From Octopus sinensis (taxonomy: Eukaryota): a stretch of DNA of 64,000 nucleotides. Positions 54,297 through 64,000 of the stretch are shown piece after piece. The stretch covers positions 15,562,001 to 15,626,000 of the forward strand of contig NC_043004.1 of assembly GCF_006345805.1 (NCBI RefSeq), in the 5' to 3' direction. Position numbers and translations under genes: made by a program. Under the pieces are notes generated by a model. That model was given only the letters and a program-made list of their open reading frames with translations. It had not been told where the DNA came from and ran no database searches. How positions within the stretch are numbered: the first letter of the stretch is position 1; each line of letters opens with the position of its first letter.

Positions 54297-54808
54297 TCTG
54301 ATCTTAACTGATTGGAAGTGTTATCATGTGCATTGTTTTGTCTTGGTATAAAAGATGGGCTACAGCAAATATTCTGCTCAATACCACAGATTTGCTTGTC
54401 AGTTGTTTGACCTTAACCAGTTGAGCATGTCCTTAGTGGCTGACGATATGTGCATCTCTGATCACGAGCAGAAGTAGTGGGGGAGCATCATAGCCATGTG
54501 TGAGAGGATTCTTTGGAGTTTGAATAATTCACCTCTGGAAACATGGGTGGTTCTTTCAACATCCTTAAACAACCCTTATTCAGGGAGCTTGAGCGGGATG
54601 GGCTACTCAACTGAAGAAAATTCTAACTGGGCCCCACCTGCAAGGTCATGTGCTGTTTGCCTTGATATGAGATCACCATGTCGCGCACATATGGTTGTGA
54701 TGCATGTGCCTGGTGTACCTTTATCAGACGGGTAGTCATGATGGGTATATTGGGCTTCGTATATTTTACCCCAGTGTCACTTTGATGGCATGCACTGCTC
54801 TCACACTC
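54297..54808 (+). mobile_element. Family E copy, short 5' truncation
   Basis: Aligns to 55059-55614 from TCTGATCTTAACTG onward; (AAT)n on both sides. Confidence 0.85.
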
Positions 54809-55058
54809 AATAATAATAATAATAATAAATATAAAGGATTGAGGTAACACTTCCAGAAGATATAGTCAAAATTAAAACAAGAGTACTATTGTCATCCAGT
54901 GAGCGATATTTCGACATCTTGTGTGTCTTCGACAAGTTCAAATAATAATGACAATAATAATAATAATAATGACAATAATAATAATAATAATGATAATAAT
55001 AATAATAATAATAATAAATAATAATAATAATAATATAATAATAATAATAATAATAATA

Positions 55059-55614
55059 AATGCCCTGATGCAGTACCAGGCAGTGGCTCTCATGGCTTCT
55101 GATCTTAACTGATTGGAAGTGTTATCATGTACATTGTTTTGTCTTGGTATAAAAGATGGGCTACAGCAAATATTCTGCTCAATACCACAGATTTGCTTGT
55201 CAGTTGTTTGACCTTAACCAGTTGAGCATGTCCCTTAGTGGCTGATGATATGCGCATCTCTGATCACGAGCAGAAGTAGTGGGGGAGCATCATAGCCATG
55301 TGTTGAGAGGGATTCTTTGGGGTTTGAATAGTTCACTTCTGGAAACATGGGTGGTTCTTTCAACATCCTTAAACAACCCTTATTCAGGGACCGTTTGAGC
55401 GGGATGGGCTACTCAACCTGAAGAAAATTCTAACTGGGCCCCACCTGCAAGGTCATGTGCTGTTTATCTTGATATGAGATCACCATGTCGCGCACATATG
55501 GTTGTGATGCATGTTCCTGGTGTACCTTTATCAGACGGGTAGTCATGATGGGTATATTGGGCTTCATATATTTTACCCCAGTGTCACTTTGATGGCATGA
55601 ACTGCTCTCTACTC
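55059..55614 (+). mobile_element. ~560-bp apparently non-coding (AAT)n-anchored retroposon ('family E'), longest copy
   Basis: Near-identical to 54297-54808 and 58409-58793; shared 3' end ...CTGCTCT(C/T)...ACTC running into (AAT)n; no tRNA head or long ORF seen. Confidence 0.85.
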
Positions 55615-55695
55615 ACATAATAATAATAATAATAATAATGATAAAATAATAATAATAATATATAATAATAATAATAATAATATAATAATAATAAT

Positions 55696-57074
55696 AACTT
55701 CTGGTTGAAATATCTAACAGGAATGCACAAAAAGCTGGCTGAAAACTTTACAACGTACTAGCAGAGCCAGAGACAATGCCTGAATGGCTCACGAAGGGGA
55801 AAACCATCTTAATTCCCAAATCAAATGAAACAGAAAAACCAGAAAACTACAGACCAATAACCTGCCTCCCTACTATGTTCAAGGCATTTACTGCAGTGAT
55901 ATCACAAAGGCTGAACAAGCACCTGGACGAAACAAACTGTTCCCAGAAGAACAGAAAGGATGCCGCCAAGGCTCATATGGCTGTAAAGATCAACTAATGA
56001 TTATAAAGCCATAACTGAAGACAGCCACAGAAAGAAAAGGCCTCAGTATGGCCTGGATTGACTACAAAAAGGCGTTTGATAGCATCCCCCACACATGGAT
56101 CCTCGAAACACTAGCCATTAACAAAGTAGCACCAACAATCATAAAATTCATAGAGCACTCTATGAATAAATGGCAAACAGTCCTACACCTCCAAACAAAA
56201 GAGGACTCATGAAAACCAAAGACATTCCCCTTAGAAGAGGAATATTCCAGGGAGATACGCTCTCTCCACTCCTTTTCTGCTTGGCACTGTCACCTCTATC
56301 TGATATGCTAAATAGAACTGGATGCGGATATAAATGTTAGGGCAAAACGATCAGCCACCTTTTATATATGGATGACCTAAAACTATACGCTGCAAATGAC
56401 AAACAGCTGGAAACACTATTAAAGACAGTTCATGGATTTATCAAAGAAATAGATATGAAATTTGGATTAGAAAAATGCGCCAAAGTAACCATGAAAAGAG
56501 GAAAACTAGTTAAGAGTAACAACATCACACTAGATGAAGCAAATGAAATAAAAGAATTAGACCAAAGCCAAACTTACAAATACTTAGGAATCCATGAACT
56601 AGATAAGACACAACACACACAAATGAAAGAGAAAATAAAAAAAGAATATTATAGACGAGTTAGTTCAATACTAAACACAGAGCTCAATGCTAAAAACAAG
56701 ATAATAGGTATCAACACTTTAGCTGTCCCAACGTGCTCTAAAAGAAATGGAGAAACTCTCAAAATACAAAGACCTGGAAATAGAGGTAACTAGAATGTGG
56801 AATCTGAAAACAGAAACAATTCCTATCATAGTAGGTGCATTAGGCATGATAAAAAAATATTCAGACAAATACATAACAAAAACACCAGGACTTACAAACA
56901 CATATAACATACAGAAAATTGCACTACTAGGCACTGCACACATCCTACGCAGAACACTTTCCATACAATAACCATCAGAGCATCACAACAAATCACAGCA
57001 CATACCCAAGGCACACAGAGCTGCGCTCGGTAGTGAAGTGAAAGCACGCTATAAAAATAAAAATAAAACTATTG
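55696..57074 (+). mobile_element. R4/Dong family copy, 5'-truncated with a ~950-bp internal deletion
   Basis: Near-identical to 28781-31104 (MPEWLTKGKTILIPK, YMDDLKLY, same 3' UTR). Jumps from ...GCTGTCCCA directly to ACGTG(T)CTCTAAAAGAAATG at ~56730. Confidence 0.93.
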
Positions 57075-57599
57075 AATAATAATAATAATAATAATAAAGA
57101 AGGAAAGGAAGAAAAGAGAAGGAAAAAAATAAATGTAAACAGGTTTGACCTTTTACTGACCATTAATGTCCTTTGTCTCCACCATCTGCTGAATCTAGTT
57201 ATAGACCCATAGAACATGACCTCTTTAACCAACTATTTCCCCACACAATGGCAGTAGTGGTGATGATGGTGGCTGTGACTACACATAAAACAATACCATT
57301 GATGATGATGATAGTGATGGTGATGTTGATGATGATGATGGTGGTGATGGTGGTGATGGTGATAGTAATAACAATAATAACTGGCAGATCCCCTTTTTTT
57401 TCTTTTCTTTCTCCGTATTTTATTCTCATTATTTCGAACTAATACAGGCTGAGTGAGCCTTTTATAAGTGTAAAAGAGGAAGGGAAAAGAAAGAAGGAAA
57501 AAGGGGAAGAAGGAGATAGAGAGAAAGAGAGAGGAAAAAAGGAAGAGATGGAGGAAAAAATCTTCGGAGATAAAACTATCAACAAAAAAATACAGACGA

Positions 57600-58200
57600 A
57601 TACAGATCTGCTAGCCTTAAGAAGCTGCGCTACGAGCAATGCTTACGTGTAGAGAACCCTAAACTGACAGATGCATCTCCTAATGTAAGAATGGAAGCTC
57701 GTCATGCTTCAATGTCAACAAATCAAACTATAAACCGCGGATTACAAAAGACCACGTACCCGAAAATTGAACCAAATTCTGATTGAAAAATCAGCTACTG
57801 GATCAAATCCTCCCAACACACAGGAATATTCCAACAGATGGCCATCCATGCTCGTCACCAAAAGAAAAAGAAGGAAAAGTGGTCTAGGGAAGATAATAAA
57901 GAAGTTCTTGAAGCCTTCTACCATGCCATATATTTCCCCACAGATAAATCTAACACTGTACAAACATACTTAAACTGGAGACAGAAACACCCCGAAGTAA
58001 GACCCTACATAGACAGTAACAAGCTTGCCAACGTCAGAAGAAACATTATGAAAAAAATTACTGACTGAAGTAGAGATTGATCAAGTTAGACAAGCAATAT
58101 CGGATAAAATGAACGAAGCTGCAGCTAGAGAAGATAATACAGAGGAAATAATTATAGACCAGCCCAGGGCTGATAAAAACGAAGTAAGGATTGAAAGAGT
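57600..58200 (+). mobile_element. N-terminal ORF segment of an R4/Dong-type element
   Basis: KEKWSREDNKEVLEAFYHA...KLANVRRNIMKK resembles the 'KWT.EEN..h...YY...LA...R.I' N-terminal region of R4-clade ORFs (recalled motif, not searched). Confidence 0.6.
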
Positions 58201-58408
58201 AGATGTTCCACTGATCGCATTGCCCGCCTGGTAGAGAGCAGTGAGTGTCTGGCAACATTCCAGATGCCAGTCACCCTGCCTGGACCTCTTCTTGACCCAG
58301 GACCAGTTCAGTAGAGGAGATGAGCTGAAGGAAGGCCCATTTGACAAAATGAGACCACACCTGTTCACGGTTTAGGCAAAATATCTGGAAATGCACCGGT
58401 CACAGCGC

Positions 58409-58793
58409 GTCCCTTAGTGGCTGACGATATGTGCATCTCTGATCACGAGCAGAAGTAGTGGGGAGCATCATAGCCATGTGTTGAGAGAGATTCTTTGGGG
58501 TTTGAATAATTCACCTCTGGAAACATGGGTGGTTCTTTCAACATCCTTAAACGACCCTTATTCAGGGACGTTTTGAGCGGGATGGGCTACTCAACCTGAA
58601 GAAAATTCTAACTGGGCCCCACCTGCAAGGTCATGTGCTGTTTATCTTGATATGAGATCACCATGTCGTGCACATATGGTTGTGATGCATGTGCCTGGTG
58701 TACCATTATCAGACGGGTAGTCATGATGGGCATATTGGGCTTCGTATATTTTACCCCAGTGTCACTTTGATGGCATGAACTGCTCTCTTACTC
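58409..58793 (+). mobile_element. Family E copy, 3' ~385 bp
   Basis: Aligns from GTCCCTTAGTGGCTG to the shared 3' end, followed by (AAT)n. Confidence 0.85.
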
Positions 58794-58814
58794 AATAATA
58801 ATAATAATTATTAT

Positions 58815-58873
<59 letters not shown>

Positions 58874-59044
58874 CGACGATGAAGACGACGACGTCGACGA
58901 CGATGATGATGATTGATGATGATGATGATGATGATGATAATAATAATAATAATAATAATAATATTAATAATAATAACAATAATATTGTATGATACCACTA
59001 ACACTGATTCTGAGGAAAGCAAAGGCCGCGAACGAAAAGCCAAA

Positions 59045-59332
59045 ATCTTGTTATTCATGGATGACTTCACGCTTTATGGTAAAGATGAAGCCCAAGTCAG
59101 TTCCTTCGTTGATAAGGTGTATAGTTTCAATGCTGATATCAGAATTGTGTTCAGACTGAAAATGTGGTGTGTTAGTCTTGAAGAGAAGGAAAATCAAATG
59201 TACGGACAGACTTGCGATACCATCGGGGAAGGTTATGAAGCAAATAGGAGAGACAGGCTATAAAATGGGTATACTACGCTTCGTATATATTACCCCAGTG
59301 TCACTTTGATGGCATGCACTGCTCTCTCACTC

Positions 59333-59372
<40 letters not shown>

Positions 59373-59384
59373 TTGATGATGATG

Positions 59385-59423
<39 letters not shown>

Positions 59424-60652
59424 CTGATGATGATGATATAAATAGTATCCCCGCTGAGGATACTGGTGATGGAATAATTGATGGAGAAAGAAATGACAGA
59501 AAAATTCAAGGTGAAGTACTTGCACAGACTGAGACTGATCCTGAAGTCGAAATTAAACGGACGTAATAAGATCGAAGCTATCAATACCTGGGCGGTTTCA
59601 CTCTTTAGATATAGAGCAGGGGTAATCGCATGGACAGTAGACGAACTAAACAGCTTAGACAGAAAGACAAGGAAGTGTCAGACTAGATATGGATACTCCA
59701 CCCAAAAATGACACAGGCAGTTTGTATGTAGCAAGAAAAAAAGGGAGAAGAGGACTTATTGGATGCAAACAAAGCATTAGAGCAGAAGAAAACAACGTAG
59801 CACGGTATGAAAAACAATGCAACTGAACCGCTGTTATGAAAGTAAGAACGTTATGCATGTGTAGGATGGAAGATTGCAAAGATAAAGCTCTGTACAAGCA
59901 CTTGACAATGAATGAAATTTAAAACAGGTGGATAAAGAAAAGAATACATGGACAATTTCATAGGGATGTTGAAGATAAGACACATAGAGATAAAAGATGT
60001 CTATAGATGACTAAAAGAGATTTAATACCGGAAACGGAGGCCCTATTCTGTGTTGCGCAAGAGCAAACATAAAGAATCAAATATAGAATAGACAACAAAT
60101 AGGAAAATGATAAGTGCAGAATTTGTAGACAAAATGGTAAAACCATATGGCATATTACCAGTCAATGTACGCCACTAGCCCAGAAAGAATATAAGAGACG
60201 TCATAACAAAATAGCAAGTATTGTTCCTTGATCACTTTGCAAAAAGTATGGACTTGACAGAGCAAAAAATTGCTACGAATATAAACTCGAAGGCATTATC
60301 GAAAATGATAATGCAAAGATCCGATGGGATTTTATGATTAAGTGCGACCATGAGACAGAGAATAGGAAACCAGTCATTGGTGTTAATTGACAAAGAATGC
60401 AAACGATGCTGGATCATAGATATAGCATGCCCAGTGAGCAAGATATGCAATAATGAAGAAAGAAAAGTCGATAGATATGACAGGTTAGGTTAAACACTTA
60501 AGCAGCTGTGGTTTCTGAAAACGTGGAGTACTTGCAGAAAACAGCAATACTTCGAACATCTTGAATACTACTGGATGGTGTTCGAAAATTAAGCGGTGTC
60601 ACCTGAGTTCACTGGTAATGAACAGCTCGTGCCGTAGAAGCTGTGCAAAGAC
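59045..60652 (+). mobile_element. Older, diverged R4/Dong-type element (RT C-terminal half to RLE), interrupted at ~59265-59440
   Basis: LLFMDD; KYLHRLRLILKSKLNGRNKIEAINTWAV; CRICRQNGKTIWHITSQC; EYKRRHN; WDFMIKCDHE...WIIDIACP; ends in (AAT)n at 60653. Confidence 0.88.
59265..59332 (+). mobile_element. Family E 3'-terminal stub inserted into the older R4/Dong element
   Basis: ATGGGTATAC...CCCCAGTGTCACTTTGATGGCATGCACTGCTCTCTCACTC followed by (AAT)n. Confidence 0.8.
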
Positions 60653-60721
<69 letters not shown>

Positions 60722-60744
60722 AAGAAGAAGAAGAAGAAGAAGAA

Positions 60745-60776
<32 letters not shown>

Positions 60777-60806
60777 AGAAGAATGAATGAATGAATGAAT
60801 GAATGA
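60653..60806. repeat. (AAT)n-(AAG)n-(GAAT)n compound tail
   Basis: Directly visible at the 3' end of the older R4/Dong element. Confidence 0.95.
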
Positions 60807-62166
60807 ATATATTAGAATCTTTATATGTATTGCTGCTATATTAACAAGATGAAGAACATATAAAAAATAAAAACCAATAATACTCTGTATGTGTAGGTGT
60901 GCGGTGTGTTGGGGGTGTTTGGGAACATCAGTTCACAGGGCAAAAATATAAGACACGAAAATGTGAGATGCTATTATAGTTCATGTATGCTTCCGGAAAT
61001 TTGGTGACTGCAACACGCTTCCACACAAAATATATTTATATTGTATACATCTGTCTATCTATCTGTCTTTCTATCTACCTATTTATATTTATATATTAAT
61101 ACACATGTATATGTATGTATGTATAAATGAATATGTCACACACATACCTACACCCACACGTACACACACATATATCTGTGTAGGGATATGTTTGTATATA
61201 TTCATAAGCGCATGACGTGGTTGTGTGAGATGTGAATATACATTTATGTTGGCGAATTTGAAACATTTTTTTTATTCAGTATAGCGACATAAACTTTGTT
61301 ACAACGTGGTATGTGTTAGCATTTTTAGAAAGCTATATTTCCTTATTGAGGAACTTGTATTAATAACGCTACATTATCTAACACTCGCTTATTATTTGAT
61401 AAGGTAACAATGAAACGCATGCTATCGCTATTACTGCTTTTTTCACTGTCACCATCACAGCAAATTCAAGATACCAAAATATAATATAATTTAAACTATA
61501 ACGAGACAAATAAGTAAAAAGACGAAGAGAAATTTTCCAATAGATAATATTGTGGCTGATATTAATTTCACCTAATGTTAATGCTTTGGTCGAAAGAAAT
61601 ATAGTTCTATATTAAACTGAGTTAAATATATTTAGTTTCTGAATACCAAGACTAGCAAATGCGTATTAAGTCACGTCAATGCAACATAAATCCAAGTAAA
61701 ATAGACTGTTTGGTTACATCAAAGAAAAGACATTGCTTATCTCTGCACATCTGCACTATATTTAATATTTGGGATGAAATATATTCTACATAAAACCGTG
61801 ATGTTTCAGTAAAGAACTTCATTTGCTGTGAACATAGCTATTTGCTTACGAGAAGTATTTTCCCCAACTCTTACTATTACATTTATCCAGATGTCAATGA
61901 ATATTAATTTAAATGTCTTTTGAAGCCCAAGTGATTACTTTCAATCTAAACTTACGAAATTGTTAAATCTATAATGGACTCGCCTAAATGCACGGTGAAA
62001 TTTGTTTTCAGTAGAAAATAATTTGAAAAAAGAAAAAAACTGAAAACAGAACGATTGAAACACCGGAAAGAAGTATATCATTGTTTTGACTGATTGTTCT
62101 AAATTGAAAGCTTGTCACACAATTTCATTAAAATGGACGAACTCAGATATTATCAGTTATAGGCGA

Positions 62167-62352
62167 AGGGCGGGGTGCTGGCAGAATCGTCAGCGCATTG
62201 GACGAAAGGCTTCGCAGTATTTCGCCCGTCGCTACGTTCTGAGTTCAAATTCCGTCAAGCAGCTCACATGCGACCGATCAGCGTCCCGTCAGGTGGGGAA
62301 ATTATACACCAATGGAACTGGGAAACCAGCCCTTATGATCCAAGCATGTCCC
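62167..62352 (+). mobile_element. Chimeric SINE: family A tRNA head joined to a V-domain-like body
   Basis: Head to ~62255, then TGCGACCGATCAGCGTCCCGTCAGGTGGGG, homologous to 18075-18125 and to 40785-40862 (reverse complement). Confidence 0.65.
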
Positions 62353-62384
62353 GAGAAGGAACAAACAACAACATGAGGCTGTAG

Positions 62385-62490
62385 GCTGGCGGTCGTTAGC
62401 AAGCCCGCTAAAGAGTCTGTGTTAACGCTCTCAGTTCGAATTCGGCCACGATCGACTTTGATCGATAACATAAGTGCCAGTTGATCACTG
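62385..62490 (+). mobile_element. SINE family A, degenerate
   Basis: CTGGCGGTCGTTAGC...GTTCGAATTCGGCC..GATCGACTTTG. Confidence 0.5.
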
Positions 62491-62540
62491 CGGTCAGTGT
62501 AACAATTTCTGCCAAGAGTAAATATAATTATTAATTATAT

Positions 62541-62665
62541 AAGCGCAGGCGCCGCCGTGTAGTAAGAAGCTTAATTCCTAAGCACATGCCTCCTACTACT
62601 ATAGCCTCAGGCTGACCAAAGCTTTATCAGTGGATTTGGTAGACAGAAACAGAAAGAGGCCCGTC

Positions 62666-62722
<57 letters not shown>

Positions 62723-63092
62723 ACGTATTTGATGACTTCTAAGACGCACGAATGCATAGGACGCACCCTAGCCTACGCTACACTTTTGTAAAATAAATTA
62801 CCACTAAAATAAAGTTTTAATTCCTCCACTTACCTGTATAACTATATGTTATTACCGGTAACTCTAAGCAAATTATTGCATCCTCATTCGATATAAACAC
62901 ACCGTAGGCGATCGTTCACTAATATATGGCAGCACACGTTTTGTGAACATATATACGGCTTTGAGCGAGTTTTGAGCCTTCATTGAAAGCATTGGACGCA
63001 GGGGGTTTATAAAGTCATTTTGGGGTGAAAAAAAATACGATACATACACACACACACACACACATGTGTGTGTGTGTGTGTGTGTGTGTGTA

Positions 63093-63157
<65 letters not shown>

Positions 63158-63338
63158 CTGTTTGTCTTCCTACCTTCGCTTGGTAACCAATGTTGCCGTG
63201 TTTACGTCCCGCAACTTAGGGGTTCGGCAAAAGAGACGACAGAACAAGTTTTAGCCTTATAAAGAATGTTCTTGAGTCGATTTGTTCGACTAAAGGTGGT
63301 GCTCCAGCACGGCAGTAGTCAAACGGCAGAACAAGAAT
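62541..63338 (+). mobile_element. SINE family B split by a ~320-bp insertion
   Basis: 5' half 62541-62720, 3' half 63064-63338. Confidence 0.8.
62721..63042. mobile_element. Possible pogo/Tc2-like MITE nested in a SINE
   Basis: Ends ACGTATTT... and ...AAAATACGA-TA, internal TAAGACGCAC/TAGGACGCAC repeats; splits a family-B SINE. Confidence 0.4.
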
Positions 63339-64000
63339 ATACAAATTAATAAGCAGCGAATATGACAGTGCGTTTTGTCAAGTTAGCAAATTCATAGATC
63401 ATGCTACCAGTAATTGGTGTTATTTATTTCTTTATAACGTGACTATTTATAAGTGTTTTTTATAGGGAGTCTGGTAGAGTTTGGTGAATGTATGTGTTTC
63501 TGATAAGATTGATACATTATTCCACATTATTCTTCCCCTCTAATTAATTTTATTGTATCAATCGAAATATATGTCGGTGATATGGTGATATAAATTATTT
63601 AAATAGCACCTTGTGCGTCTGTCTCCCTTTTTAATTCCTCTTATGTTCTCCGAAACACGTCTCACTTCTCGGAATTACTAGCCATGCAAGTGTGCTAATT
63701 TCTTAGCCGTCTATGTGACGTTTGTTTACCCTGGTAACTATTCCTCTGGGTCTTTCTTTAAAGCAGTCTCCATTAATGCCAGAACTTGGGAGAAAGAGCA
63801 CACTAACGACACACTCGGTGAGAGAATTCTAATGAAACAAATACTTATTTTAGCAGGGATTAAGATGGATCTGGAAGAGAGAAAGACACAAGGCGTCTGA
63901 ACAATATTCGTTAATATGTCCTCACACGGTTTTGTCGGTGCCTCTGTTCAACAGTGTTACAAATTAAGGATGTGTCATTAAAAGTAGAACATTACATTTG

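Overview
AT-rich, microsatellite-dense eukaryotic DNA whose SINE families are most consistent with an octopus (coleoid cephalopod) genome; the taxon is inferred from the repeats. No host protein-coding gene could be supported, so the window looks intergenic or intronic. It is dominated by tRNA-derived SINEs and non-LTR retrotransposon relics (R4/Dong-type RT+RLE, RTE, CR1-like), plus a mariner relic and foldback/MITE-like elements. Highlights: (1) an uninterrupted ORF at ~15206-15694 whose first ~35 aa match the C-terminal SF3 helicase motifs of a CRESS-DNA virus Rep, i.e. a candidate endogenous ssDNA virus fragment, ending in a palindromic bidirectional AATAAA; (2) a degenerate minimal hammerhead-like fold ~240 bp downstream; (3) two nests of (AAT)n-anchored, co-oriented R4/Dong elements with recurrent 5' truncation points and an apparently non-coding ~560-bp companion element; (4) a twin-priming-type 5' inversion in an RLE element; (5) a ~3-kb interrupted palindrome at ~33265-36310; (6) SINE multimers and module-swapped SINEs. 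All alignments were done by eye, so boundaries of degenerate elements are approximate.
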